Below, piece after piece: positions 1 through 9,279 of a stretch of DNA of 34,192 nucleotides. The notes under the pieces are model-generated. The model worked only from the letters and a program-made list of their open reading frames with translations, did not search any database and had not been told where the DNA came from. This stretch comes from a virus (Duplodnaviria > Caudoviricetes). The stretch is taken from IMG/VR virus record IMGVR_UViG_3300025723_000112, positions 1 to 34,192 of that record; one strand, 5' to 3'. Position numbers and translations under genes: made by a program. The number at the start of each line of letters is the position of its first letter. Position 1 is the stretch's first letter.

Positions 1-122
1 CCATAATAATTGGCAGCAGGAATAGCGTTGCCTATAAAAGCACTGCTTGTCCCATCGTAATTGCCCGACGGAGTTCCATAAGTTGTAACGGGTAATAATG
101 CTTGATTTGTAAAGGTTGTCAT
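1..122 (-). CDS. 5' part of a hypothetical, probably late/structural protein (runs off window)
   Basis: Manual translation MTTFTNQALLPVTTYGTPSGNYDGTSSAFIGNAIPAANYYG; CATAAATA 7 nt upstream of the ATG. Confidence 0.7.
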   Translation of the reverse strand, partial: MTTFTNQALLPVTTYGTPSGNYDGTSSAFIGNAIPAANYY

Positions 123-129
123 AGTTTAT

Positions 130-137
130 TATTTATG
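130..137 (-). promoter_or_regulatory. T4-late-like promoter CATAAATA
   Basis: TAAATA core overlapping the upstream stop codon; same core at 7448, 9268, 9532, 19101, 21736. Confidence 0.55.
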
Positions 138-813
138 CTGGTATAATTTCTAAGGTTTTCCGTATTAACTTGGGGAATTTAAGCATCAGCATAGTTAACC
201 AATAATCATCAGTGTAATCTACAAAATAATGATCATATAAACAAAGATGCACGGGTAGAGATTCGATAAAACCATTTAATCCTGGGCTAGTTCGTATATT
301 ATCTGCGTGCGTAGCAAAAAAATCAATAATATTATCTTTTTCGGACAAAGTCAAAGTACAAAATTTAAAATAGCTACGTCGTTTGTGTACCGGATTTTTT
401 AATTTAATTGTATCTTTAGGACGATTTATAATGGCCTGTGATAACATTGGCTGCAAAATAAACTCTAATCTTTTTATGTTGCAAATCAATGCAATATCAT
501 TAGTATAAATCCATACCGTATCATAGGACGTGACAATTTTATAGTTGAATTTAGATTGCAACAACACATCCGCTAGCTCATGTAAATTGTTTCTAATAGT
601 TGCTAGCTCCAATAGGGTTATATTACGAGCCCATGCCACTAGTCTATTAGACATTAATTCTTCTACATGATCAAGCATCATGTCAATTTTGTAATGCTCG
701 ATAGGGGGACGTAGGGTACCGATTTCACGTAGGAAAAATGAAATACAGTACCCATACTGATCATAGAACAGTCGGTCTTTATAAACAGGATCAAACTGCA
801 GGGGATTCGCCAT
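133..813 (-). CDS. hypothetical phage protein
   Basis: Long ORF overlapping the end of clpA; no motif recognised. Confidence 0.75.
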   Translation of the reverse strand: MANPLQFDPVYKDRLFYDQYGYCISFFLREIGTLRPPIEHYKIDMMLDHVEELMSNRLVAWARNITLLELATIRNNLHELADVLLQSKFNYKIVTSYDTVWIYTNDIALICNIKRLEFILQPMLSQAIINRPKDTIKLKNPVHKRRSYFKFCTLTLSEKDNIIDFFATHADNIRTSPGLNGFIESLPVHLCLYDHYFVDYTDDYWLTMLMLKFPKLIRKTLEIIPA

Positions 814-3070
814 CAAGTAAAATTATTCCAGTTGTATCAATTGTAGCTAGTTGTGACATTGGAATAATTGTAAAATCAACTTTATCATCAATCATAACTG
901 CATTGACGACACAATTATCCAAACGTTCAAACAATATTTTTTTACTTAGTGGCACACGAATAATCTCGTCAATTTTACGATTCAATGGACGAGCACCCAT
1001 TTTGCTATCATACCCTTTTTCAACCAGCATATCAATGACTGATTCTGCTAAATTAAGTTTGATATTTTTAGAATTTAAACTTGTTTGTAACTGTGCAACA
1101 AATTTTACCACAATCTTTTTAATAGCCAATGTATCAAGTTTCTTGAAACGACAAATTTGATCAATACGATTGCGTAATTCTGGCTTGAAAAACTCCTTCA
1201 TTGCTTTGTTTTCCGAACCTGTTTTTTCTAATGTTTGACCAAACCCAATGTTGTTTGTTTCATTATCGCGAGCACCTAAATTACTGGTTAAAATGATAAT
1301 GGTATTTTTTAAGTTTACAGTTTTACCATTTGCACTGGTAATTCGTGCTTCGTCTAACATCTGTAACATAATATTGATAACATCAGGATGTGCTTTTTCA
1401 ATCTCATCAAACAATAAGATTGAATAGGGATTTTTGCTGACATCGCTAATAAGTTTACCACCGCCGACATTGCCATCCTCGAATCCAACATAGCCAGGAG
1501 GGGCACCAATCAATGAGCTAACAGTATGCTTTTCTTGATATTCACTCATGTCATATTTCAACAACTGCATGTCTAAGTGTTCGGCCATTAATTTAGCCAG
1601 TTCAGTTTTACCTGTGCCAGTTGGTCCAAGAAACAAGAAGCTGGCAATTGGTTTATTTTCATTGCCAATGCCTGAAAAGTTGATATAAACTCTCTCAAGT
1701 ACAGAATCTACAGCTTCATCTTGTCCATACAATTTATCTTTAATATTACTTTCGAGTTCTACAATTTTAGTCGAACGTTCATTTTGTAAACGATCCATTG
1801 GCACTTCTGTAATGCGACTTAATTGAGCCATAATCATATCTTTATTGATAGTTACAAGACCTTGATCTTTAACACGTTCTTTGGCGCATGCTCCGTCTAA
1901 AAGATCAATACTTTTATCTGGATTTTTTCTATCATGTATATAACGTCCTGACAAATCTACAGCAGCTTTGATAGCATCAGTGTCAATCATTACATTGTGA
2001 AATTTTTCCAAACGTGGCGATAGCCCAATTAAGATTTGTTCTGTAACTTCGGGAGTAGGTTCATCAATTGACACACGATGGAACCTACGCATTAACGCAC
2101 GGTCCTTTTCGAATGATTCGTAATATTCTTCCCAAGTAGTTGATGCAATAACTTTTAAATTGCCTTTTGTAATTGCTGGTTTGAGCATGTTAGCAAAGTC
2201 CAACGATGATTGAGTGCTTGACCCGGCACCTTTCATAGTATGTGCTTCATCAACAAATAGGATACAATTTTTCTTACTTTCAAGTGCTCCTATAACTTGT
2301 TTAAATTTCTCTTCGAATTCGCCACGATATTTACTGCCAGCAAGTAACGATCCAATTTCCAAACTCCAAACTTCATTGCCAACAAGGAAATTTGGAACAC
2401 GATTATTAATAATTTCCAGTGCCATACCTTCGGCAATTGCAGTCTTACCTACCCCTGGATCGCCAACCATCAATACATTGGCCTTAAATTTACGGGCCAA
2501 TACTGTAATAATTTCATCCAGCTCATTGGATCGACCAATCATTGGTTCCAGTTTATCTTCCGCAGCTAATCTTGTTAAATTCACACAATATTCATTTAAA
2601 ATATCATCGGCTTCCGATTGTGTAATTTCAGCTTCATTATACTTGTAATGTTCTTGCCAGTATTCCATGAATTCATTACGTTTTACACCATATTTCATTA
2701 AAAAATAATTTGCATGACTATTATGTTCACTAGTCATTGCAAGATATAAATCATATGTGGTCATCGAACGACGCCCGGTAAATAATACCTGGGTCATAGC
2801 TCGATTGAAACAACGCTCTAATGCGTTTGTTTTACTTGGTTGAAAATCTTTTTTGGTAGTAGCGATGCTGGTTAGACTATGTAAATATGAATCTATTTCT
2901 AGATCCATTAAATCTACACTAATCCCAAAGTCATCCAATACTTTGCGAAAAGGAGTATGTCTTATCAGTGCCAATAAAACATGTTCGGTTATGACATATT
3001 CATGCTGTCGTTCTTTTGCAAGTTTGACAGCTTGTGAAACAATTAATTCAATTTCTTTGTTATTCTGCAT
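791..3070 (-). CDS. clpA: ClpA-like ATP-dependent Clp protease ATP-binding subunit
   Basis: Clp N-domain, two Walker A motifs (GDPGVGKT, GPTGTGKT), Walker B (FVDEAH, LFDEIEK), pore loops KYRG and GYVG, IGF ClpP-docking loop, no ClpB coiled-coil M domain. Confidence 0.93.
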   Translation of the reverse strand: MQNNKEIELIVSQAVKLAKERQHEYVITEHVLLALIRHTPFRKVLDDFGISVDLMDLEIDSYLHSLTSIATTKKDFQPSKTNALERCFNRAMTQVLFTGRRSMTTYDLYLAMTSEHNSHANYFLMKYGVKRNEFMEYWQEHYKYNEAEITQSEADDILNEYCVNLTRLAAEDKLEPMIGRSNELDEIITVLARKFKANVLMVGDPGVGKTAIAEGMALEIINNRVPNFLVGNEVWSLEIGSLLAGSKYRGEFEEKFKQVIGALESKKNCILFVDEAHTMKGAGSSTQSSLDFANMLKPAITKGNLKVIASTTWEEYYESFEKDRALMRRFHRVSIDEPTPEVTEQILIGLSPRLEKFHNVMIDTDAIKAAVDLSGRYIHDRKNPDKSIDLLDGACAKERVKDQGLVTINKDMIMAQLSRITEVPMDRLQNERSTKIVELESNIKDKLYGQDEAVDSVLERVYINFSGIGNENKPIASFLFLGPTGTGKTELAKLMAEHLDMQLLKYDMSEYQEKHTVSSLIGAPPGYVGFEDGNVGGGKLISDVSKNPYSILLFDEIEKAHPDVINIMLQMLDEARITSANGKTVNLKNTIIILTSNLGARDNETNNIGFGQTLEKTGSENKAMKEFFKPELRNRIDQICRFKKLDTLAIKKIVVKFVAQLQTSLNSKNIKLNLAESVIDMLVEKGYDSKMGARPLNRKIDEIIRVPLSKKILFERLDNCVVNAVMIDDKVDFTIIPMSQLATIDTTGIILLDGESPAV

Positions 3071-3132
3071 GGATCCTTTTCCTTGTACAGTTATAGTATA
3101 TAGTAATTTTAGGTTGAATAAGAGTAATATGG

Positions 3133-3912
3133 CTATTTTTTCTGCGCTTCTTTGATAAGTGCAGATAGTTCATAGCTTAGAGAGTCGGGCATTTTAGCTT
3201 GGATTTTAATCAATAAATCTCCAGTTTGTCCTTGACGTGATTTTAATCCTTTATTTTTTAATCTTAAAACACTCCCAGGTTGGGTTAATGGTGGAATAGT
3301 GATTGAATATTGTTGTTCAAGAATATCTTTAATTTCAGATTCTCCGCCAACCAGACAATCCCAAATTGATACTTGATGTTCGGTGATTAAATGTAAGTCT
3401 TTGCGTTGCCATTTGGGATTCGGATGAATACGGAAATTGATAATTAAATCTGTTTTATTTGGACCAAGTCCTTTATATTGTACATTATCTCCGTCGTTAA
3501 TTCCTAATGGAATTTCAATTTCAATATTCATTGAACCATGTGCAGTACCGATACCTACGCTACGTTTACCACCTTTGGCAACATCATGCAAGGTAATCCA
3601 CAGGCTCATTCTAGTTTGAGTTTTTTGTTGGGCTGCTTGTTGATAAGCCTGTGCCCCGAACATATTAAAAATGCTATTTAAATCAAATGCCCCTTGCCCA
3701 TTAAAATGTACATGTTGAGGTTGTGGATTATCGTATTGGCGACGCTTCTCTATATTACCTATCGTATCATAGGCAGTTTGTATATCTTGAAATTTTGTAG
3801 TGTCGCCGCCTTTGTCAGGATGATGCATACTGGCTAATTTACGGTAAGCCTTTTTGATTTCTTCCTGTGTGGCAGTTTTAGCAACACCTAATGTTTGGTA
3901 ATGATCAATCAT
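3133..3912 (-). CDS. DnaJ/CbpA-type co-chaperone lacking the zinc finger
   Basis: J domain (HYQTLGV...IKKAYRKLA..HHPDKGG) plus DnaJ C-terminal domain. Confidence 0.92.
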   Translation of the reverse strand: MIDHYQTLGVAKTATQEEIKKAYRKLASMHHPDKGGDTTKFQDIQTAYDTIGNIEKRRQYDNPQPQHVHFNGQGAFDLNSIFNMFGAQAYQQAAQQKTQTRMSLWITLHDVAKGGKRSVGIGTAHGSMNIEIEIPLGINDGDNVQYKGLGPNKTDLIINFRIHPNPKWQRKDLHLITEHQVSIWDCLVGGESEIKDILEQQYSITIPPLTQPGSVLRLKNKGLKSRQGQTGDLLIKIQAKMPDSLSYELSALIKEAQKK

Positions 3913-3921
3913 CTTATAGCA

Positions 3922-3950
3922 ATTATACTATATTATTTAATGAATTGCAA
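3922..3950 (-). promoter_or_regulatory. sigma70-type promoter TTGCAA-17-TATAAT for dnaJ-clpA
   Basis: Near-consensus hexamers with 17-nt spacer in the intergenic gap. Confidence 0.65.
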
Positions 3951-4151
3951 TTATTTTTTATTTGGAATTGCAGTGCCCTCATATTTTTTATGTATTTTAA
4001 CCATTTTACATTGTTGCACTTTTTTACCTTTAACTACTGCTTCGTGGCAGACCTTTTTAGTTTCCACACTGGCAGCGTGACTATTTGAAATTACAGCAAA
4101 CATCACTATAACACCTATAATAATCCAAACTGCTATTGGTAATGATCTCAT
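3951..4151 (-). CDS. small membrane-anchored or secreted basic protein
   Basis: Hydrophobic N-terminus, two Cys, Lys-rich; at the end of the lysis cluster. Confidence 0.65.
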   Translation of the reverse strand: MRSLPIAVWIIIGVIVMFAVISNSHAASVETKKVCHEAVVKGKKVQQCKMVKIHKKYEGTAIPNKK

Positions 4152-4160
4152 AATTGTTCC

Positions 4161-4688
4161 TTATTTTTCTGGAAATGCTTGTGGTGGACCTGCAGGTTTA
4201 CTGCCAAATGTCGGAGCAGGTGGGGCAAAACTATTTGTATTTGATGTCATAGCTGACCCACCAAAAGCAGTGGTATTGTTCATGCTAGATGATGCAAAGC
4301 TATTGTTATTGCCGAAATTTGGAGCCATTTGGTTGCTGACATTAACCTGGCCTTGCCCTGGAGGAACATACGTTGTTCCTGCACCTGTCCCAAACCCCTC
4401 TAGCTGACCAATTCCGCCACCTTCGGCTCCGGCCATTTTTTCTTTAGTACGTCCATAAGCGGCAATACCTAGTACTGCACCCATTGCCACGTGAAATAAT
4501 CCTGCCCCTTGCAGTGTTAATGGTTGCCATTGACTAGTAACTTGTCCATGTGCGTATGCTTGTAACATACTCCATAAGATTGGGAATCCTATGAAATCCA
4601 TTAGACACACCAGCATGTACATCCATCCCATCATAGGACGCCATTTAGAATTCATCCAATGTTCTTCTTTTTCATCGCTCGCTGACAT
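4161..4688 (-). CDS. putative holin (3-TM / GTA-release-like family) with long low-complexity C-tail
   Basis: WRP.MGW.Y...C..DF...P motif, TM segments ending GIAAYGRTKEK; lies in the endolysin cluster. Confidence 0.7.
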   Translation of the reverse strand: MSASDEKEEHWMNSKWRPMMGWMYMLVCLMDFIGFPILWSMLQAYAHGQVTSQWQPLTLQGAGLFHVAMGAVLGIAAYGRTKEKMAGAEGGGIGQLEGFGTGAGTTYVPPGQGQVNVSNQMAPNFGNNNSFASSSMNNTTAFGGSAMTSNTNSFAPPAPTFGSKPAGPPQAFPEK

Positions 4689-4715
4689 TTTTGTTTCCCT
4701 TATATTAGGTTTATT

Positions 4716-5108
4716 TTATTTTTCCGGATTTAATACCGTCATTTGTGCCGGTATTAAAATTGAGTCTGCGGTTGAATCTGTTGGTTGCACCACAGGATTT
4801 GCCAAAGCTGCTGGCCCTAAAATTGGGTCTACTAGAGGAACTTGGCTGGCAAGAGCAATAGCTTTATTTTTAGCTGCTACTGCTTCTGCTGCCAATGTAT
4901 CTGCTATTTCCTGAGCTTTTGTAGCTGCATCTTCCGCTACTTTTTGTGCTTCTGCTGCTAAATCAGCAGCTTTACGTTTTGCTACAATTAATTTATTTTC
5001 CAAGTCGGCAATGTCAGCTGATGCAACATCGACTAATTTTTTTGCATCCATAACTACAGTTTTTAATGCTGACGCCGCTTGATGTTCGAATTTTGAAAAA
5101 ATACCCAT
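4716..5108 (-). CDS. Ala/Lys-rich coiled-coil hypothetical protein
   Basis: 130-aa ORF with AGGA RBS, heptad-like Ala-rich sequence. Confidence 0.75.
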   Translation of the reverse strand: MGIFSKFEHQAASALKTVVMDAKKLVDVASADIADLENKLIVAKRKAADLAAEAQKVAEDAATKAQEIADTLAAEAVAAKNKAIALASQVPLVDPILGPAALANPVVQPTDSTADSILIPAQMTVLNPEK

Positions 5109-5121
5109 TTTATTTTCCTTG

Positions 5122-5379
5122 TTAGATGATTGATGCTAATATGAATATTCCATTAATAATAGAATTCATATCTTGTTTTAATTTTAACTGCCCAGTGTCT
5201 TGTATAATTTCCATTTGACGCTGCATATCCCGTAATAACTCAGACATATCTTGAGCACTTAACTGACTAGCTTGAACTTGTTGCATTAATTGTGTTACAT
5301 AGTTGGCAGCATTAGAGAATGTTTCATCGCCTGAATTAGCCAAATTAGCAAGTGCTTGATTGATTTCGTCTATAGTCAT
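5122..5379 (-). CDS. hypothetical protein (lysis cluster)
   Basis: 85-aa ORF with AGGA RBS. Confidence 0.75.
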   Translation of the reverse strand: MTIDEINQALANLANSGDETFSNAANYVTQLMQQVQASQLSAQDMSELLRDMQRQMEIIQDTGQLKLKQDMNSIINGIFILASII

Positions 5380-5388
5380 ATTTATTCC

Positions 5389-5787
5389 TTATCTTGGCCT
5401 ATTGCCAATCACATGTTGTAACACACCAGCAGCATTTTCAATACTTTGAAATTTAATCTTACAAAATGTTTCCGGAACTGGAGGTGTATTATAACGCTTA
5501 ACTAAACCCTGTGCAATTTCATCCAATGCCTTTGCTGCCTTATAGGCATCGACATTACTGGATAAATGCTCTTCGTATATCATGAACATCTGGGTTTTGT
5601 CAGATACTTTTTCTGCAAAGGTTAAAGATTTAGCAGAGTCGTTGCAAAATGTCTCGCCTGTGCGTGCTAAATTTCTTATGTCAACAATATGTTGATATTC
5701 ATTTTTGTCAAAATGTGATGTTGTTACTGCGTCGTATATTGCACAACTTGATAATAATGGTAGCAGCAATAATGCTAATTTTTTCAT
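5389..5787 (-). CDS. lipoprotein of unknown function
   Basis: MKK-hydrophobic-LSSC lipobox; ATGA overlap with the upstream gene. Confidence 0.75.
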   Translation of the reverse strand: MKKLALLLLPLLSSCAIYDAVTTSHFDKNEYQHIVDIRNLARTGETFCNDSAKSLTFAEKVSDKTQMFMIYEEHLSSNVDAYKAAKALDEIAQGLVKRYNTPPVPETFCKIKFQSIENAAGVLQHVIGNRPR

Positions 5788-6056
5788 TTAGATTCTTTAT
5801 AAATTTTTTGCTGTGTGTTGTACCATTCTTGCCAAGCTTCGTATTTTTTCTTTAATTGATAATATTGACTAAAGTTTTGATTGGCATTAAGCAGTAGGCT
5901 AGTGAATGAACGATCTTTTTCGGATAATGGAGTTAAATCAGGAGCCGGCATAGTCAACTCTTCGGGTACTTGTGGCCATGACATAGACACCGTTGTTGTC
6001 TTGGCAGCACACCCACTTAGTATAAGAAATGTGTATACTATTAATATTTTTTTCAT
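5784..6056 (-). CDS. putative o-spanin (Rz1-like lipoprotein)
   Basis: Lipobox LSGC, Pro-rich mature region, follows the i-spanin candidate with ATGA overlap. Confidence 0.65.
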   Translation of the reverse strand: MKKILIVYTFLILSGCAAKTTTVSMSWPQVPEELTMPAPDLTPLSEKDRSFTSLLLNANQNFSQYYQLKKKYEAWQEWYNTQQKIYKESK

Positions 6057-6517
6057 TTTTTCGGCACCACTGGTTGTGTGTTACTTACTGCACGGTTATA
6101 CATTCTCAAGGCTACGGGATCAATATTACATTCTGCATCAAATTTCTTTTTGTTTTTTAAGATAGATGTTGCTAATTTATTTTCTTGGTCTTTAATTGTC
6201 AGCTGCGCATCTTTTAATTTTACTGCCAATTGTTGATTAGCAGTTTTACTGGCTTCTTCTGCTGCCTTAACACGTTCTTCTGCCAATTGAATTGCGACTT
6301 TATTAATAGCTTCAACTCCTGCTCCGCCATACATAAAAATACCCACGCAAAATACTACAAAAGCAATAGGCTTGATAAACATAGCATAAGGTTTTATGTT
6401 GGGAAAATAAGTAGCGACCCCTGCCAGGAAATAAATGGCAACTGAAACTCCCGCCATAAAAGGCCATATCCAAATAGGCAAATCTCCCACTGCATACTGT
6501 ATAATCCACGAAAACAT
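6053..6517 (-). CDS. putative i-spanin (Rz-like)
   Basis: Two N-terminal TM segments followed by a coiled coil and C-terminal Cys; directly after the endolysin. Confidence 0.65.
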   Translation of the reverse strand: MFSWIIQYAVGDLPIWIWPFMAGVSVAIYFLAGVATYFPNIKPYAMFIKPIAFVVFCVGIFMYGGAGVEAINKVAIQLAEERVKAAEEASKTANQQLAVKLKDAQLTIKDQENKLATSILKNKKKFDAECNIDPVALRMYNRAVSNTQPVVPKK

Positions 6518-6518
6518 G

Positions 6519-7133
6519 TTAGCTTCCTAATATTTGTCTTGCACGTTCACAATGCTGTATTCTTTCTTCGAGCCCCAATGTCCCGCCATTGATTCTAATA
6601 CTGAGAGTTTTAATATCCCACGCATCTGCATATTGGTTCAAATTGTTATTTTCCCAAAACCAACAGGCTGATTGTATTGCTCCTTCGAATGTTTGCAAAT
6701 ATGCAGGCACATCATTGATATCCATTTGTAAACTATCAGCTAATGCTTGATAATTGTCATGGCCAGTAACCTGAATCAACCCACGTCCACAAAAACGCCA
6801 TCCATCGCCTGAAGCTTCATCCCCATTACCCATACGCCCAGCGTAAGCACGATTTGCAATTTTTTCCGGATTATTAGCATATTGATTGGCTATTTCCATA
6901 GATTGGAAATGACTGGGCCACACCTTTACCAAGCTGGCAGCACGATAATTTAAATTTTCATGCAATGCTGTATATCCTGCAGATTCTACATATGTTTCGC
7001 CAATGAATGCTGCGATACGTTGTACACTGGTAATATCATAATCAGGTAAAATTTTGTTCAGTGCTCCACACCAGTGCTCAATGTAGGGATTACCCTGTAA
7101 TATGTGTGCTAATTGATCTTGTCTAATTTCCAT
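6519..7133 (-). CDS. glycoside hydrolase family 19 endolysin
   Basis: RIAAF..E..ES.G....ENLNY, GNGDEASGDGW.F.GRGLIQVTG..NY and INGG..GL..R motifs. Confidence 0.9.
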   Translation of the reverse strand: MEIRQDQLAHILQGNPYIEHWCGALNKILPDYDITSVQRIAAFIGETYVESAGYTALHENLNYRAASLVKVWPSHFQSMEIANQYANNPEKIANRAYAGRMGNGDEASGDGWRFCGRGLIQVTGHDNYQALADSLQMDINDVPAYLQTFEGAIQSACWFWENNNLNQYADAWDIKTLSIRINGGTLGLEERIQHCERARQILGS

Positions 7134-7165
7134 TTTTAATATTCCATTGAGTTAATTTTGTTTTT

Positions 7166-7426
7166 CTACCACGCAGATCCGGCAATTCTAGCCCATATAG
7201 CCGTAACACCATCATATGTTCCGAAACAGTAATAAAAATGTGTGGGATCATATGCATACATGCCTGGTACATCGCCAATTTTTCCCTGTGTTGTGGTTGG
7301 GGGAGTTGCGTTGGCCAACGCGAATAATTGTGTAAAATTATTGTTGGTATATTGAAAAGCCGTGCGTATAGGCGTTCCAGTACCGTCGTTTGGAGCTGAA
7401 CCTACGTTTATGATTTCTTGCTGCAT
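7166..7426 (-). CDS. small virion-associated (baseplate/tail-like) protein
   Basis: INVG..PNDGTG.PIR.AF...N.NF motif typical of N-termini of T4-like baseplate/fibre proteins; TAAATA upstream. Confidence 0.6.
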   Translation of the reverse strand: MQQEIINVGSAPNDGTGTPIRTAFQYTNNNFTQLFALANATPPTTTQGKIGDVPGMYAYDPTHFYYCFGTYDGVTAIWARIAGSAW

Positions 7427-7447
7427 ACCATTCCTCTTTAGCTTTAT

Positions 7448-7455
7448 TATTTAGC
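7448..7455 (-). promoter_or_regulatory. late-like promoter GCTAAATA upstream of the structural/lysis cluster
   Basis: TAAATA core in the intergenic gap, followed by GAGGA RBS. Confidence 0.55.
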
Positions 7456-7478
7456 TAACGGCATGCCAGTGTTGATTG

Positions 7479-7805
7479 TCAGTATGGACTAAAACTACTT
7501 CCGCAGCCACAAGTTGTAGTTGCTGCCATTCCGGTAATTACAAAGTTAGATCCATAAATGCCTTCACGATAATCCACTGTAGAACCTTGTAAATAACTAC
7601 CGCTCATGCTGTCTACTAGTACATGTACCCCATTTACTTCAAGATCCCAATCATCATCTGATTGATCTTCGTCCATCGTAAAGCCTGTCTGCATTCCGCT
7701 ACAGCCACCACCCTGTACAAATACACGGAGTTTTAGTTTGGGATTGTTTTCTTCTGCTAAAATATCTTTAATTTTTTCAGCTGCGTTTTCTGTAATTGTT
7801 ATCAT
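7479..7805 (-). CDS. erpA: A-type iron-sulfur cluster carrier (ErpA/IscA/HesB family)
   Basis: [12 protein letters not shown] and TTCGCGSSF motifs; start MITITE overlaps the upstream stop. Confidence 0.9.
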   Translation of the reverse strand: MITITENAAEKIKDILAEENNPKLKLRVFVQGGGCSGMQTGFTMDEDQSDDDWDLEVNGVHVLVDSMSGSYLQGSTVDYREGIYGSNFVITGMAATTTCGCGSSFSPY

Positions 7806-8716
7806 TTTGTGATATTTCCTTGTGAATCTACCTCTGAAATTTTTTCCCATTTAGTCTTTAATAATTCAACTAAATCTTTAAGAGTATTGATTCTATTTTT
7901 TCTCATAAAATCAATAATTTTTACAGCATTATCTCGGTCAACTCCGGATGAAGGTTTTCTGGCATTGCTCATATCGGCTGCTAGCCCACGTTCGGGATCG
8001 CCATAGCTATTATATATTATGCTATATCTTAATTCATCAGCATCTTTACTAAGTTGATTCTTATTAGATGCTGTGATTAATTGTATCCACTGATATAACC
8101 AGCCTTTTGGTTTATACCTCGATCTACTATCACGTGCAATATGTTGTGGCCCACGCAATGTAGGATTATTTGATATGGAAACTGAATTTTTTGTATCTAA
8201 TTTTCTCCAAGCAGACTCGTCATCATATAGATATGATGGAATACCGCGCTTTTTAGCATTTATAATTACTGTTCTTGCTTGTCCACCCAAATATTCATTG
8301 GTTGAATTTGGTTTAATCAAAATATGAACTGAAGAAACACCATCAATGGGAATAGATGGTGTCTTGGAAAATATACGGTCTTCTGCTTCATGCTCTTTAT
8401 GATGTGATTGTGTTGGATTACGATTTCCCCAGTAATCAACCGGTTTAGATTTGTAATTTTGATTATACCAATTACCATCTAACACAAACATTACAGCTCC
8501 TGCAGAAACATATTCATGATAGCCACCAACTTTGGTTCTTGTGGTACTTAAGAAATATGGATATCCTGGTATATTGATATTTTCTTCACTCTGAGAACCC
8601 ACAGAACTGGATAATTGAAATTCACCGGTTTTTAGAATGTTTGCCGCAGATCCTAAACTAGTATAATGGTATACTATACGACTTAGACTTTCTATGATGA
8701 ATTCAATAGCTCTCAT
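7802..8716 (-). CDS. hypothetical protein, possible ADP-ribosyltransferase fold
   Basis: VYHYT, FLSTTR and EAEDR motifs in ART-like order; N-terminus MRAIEFIIE. Confidence 0.45.
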   Translation of the reverse strand: MRAIEFIIESLSRIVYHYTSLGSAANILKTGEFQLSSSVGSQSEENINIPGYPYFLSTTRTKVGGYHEYVSAGAVMFVLDGNWYNQNYKSKPVDYWGNRNPTQSHHKEHEAEDRIFSKTPSIPIDGVSSVHILIKPNSTNEYLGGQARTVIINAKKRGIPSYLYDDESAWRKLDTKNSVSISNNPTLRGPQHIARDSRSRYKPKGWLYQWIQLITASNKNQLSKDADELRYSIIYNSYGDPERGLAADMSNARKPSSGVDRDNAVKIIDFMRKNRINTLKDLVELLKTKWEKISEVDSQGNITK

Positions 8717-8719
8717 AGA

Positions 8720-9262
8720 TCATAATCTGTCTGAACAAACTGTCCAATTAATAATCTTCCAGATATTATCTAGATACTTTTCTTTATCCCACTTGTAATC
8801 CGTCGACCATGAATGTTCCCACCAGTCAACTAATACGCAAATATCTGTGCGTACTGCATGATTTTTAATTGTTTTAATATCACCACTAGTGCTAAGATAA
8901 ACCCACCCCGATCCTTCGAGGGCCATAGCTGCTTCTTTGAAAGCTATCTTGAAATCTTCATAAGTTTTAAACTTAGATTCAATAAGTTCAAGCACAGCAC
9001 CTTTAGGCCGATTAGCCCCTTTTGGAGGCTGTAACTGTGGAAAAAACTTATTATGTAAGAAGCTTCCGGCTCTATTGAAATCGGCATCACCTTCGCCTGC
9101 ATTGTAACGTTTAGCGTATCCTTTGGCTAGATGATCATAGTGATATTCTATTGTAGCAGCACTCATTATCGGATCCAATGCTTTATGTGTATAAGGCAAA
9201 GGAGTTGTTTCCAATTTAGATGGAACGGTTGCTGCTTCTATAAGATTAATAATATCACGCAT
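8720..9262 (-). CDS. sod: Fe/Mn superoxide dismutase
   Basis: LPY...ALDP.MS..TIEYH, FLH, GSGWVYL and DWWEH; four metal ligands identifiable. Confidence 0.88.
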   Translation of the reverse strand: MRDIINLIEAATVPSKLETTPLPYTHKALDPIMSAATIEYHYDHLAKGYAKRYNAGEGDADFNRAGSFLHNKFFPQLQPPKGANRPKGAVLELIESKFKTYEDFKIAFKEAAMALEGSGWVYLSTSGDIKTIKNHAVRTDICVLVDWWEHSWSTDYKWDKEKYLDNIWKIINWTVCSDRL

Positions 9263-9267
9263 GCAGA

Positions 9268-9275
9268 TATTTATG
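9268..9275 (-). promoter_or_regulatory. late-like promoter CATAAATA, 5 nt before the sod ATG
   Basis: CATAAATA-TCTGC-ATG with no SD sequence. Confidence 0.55.
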
Positions 9276-9279
9276 CAAT

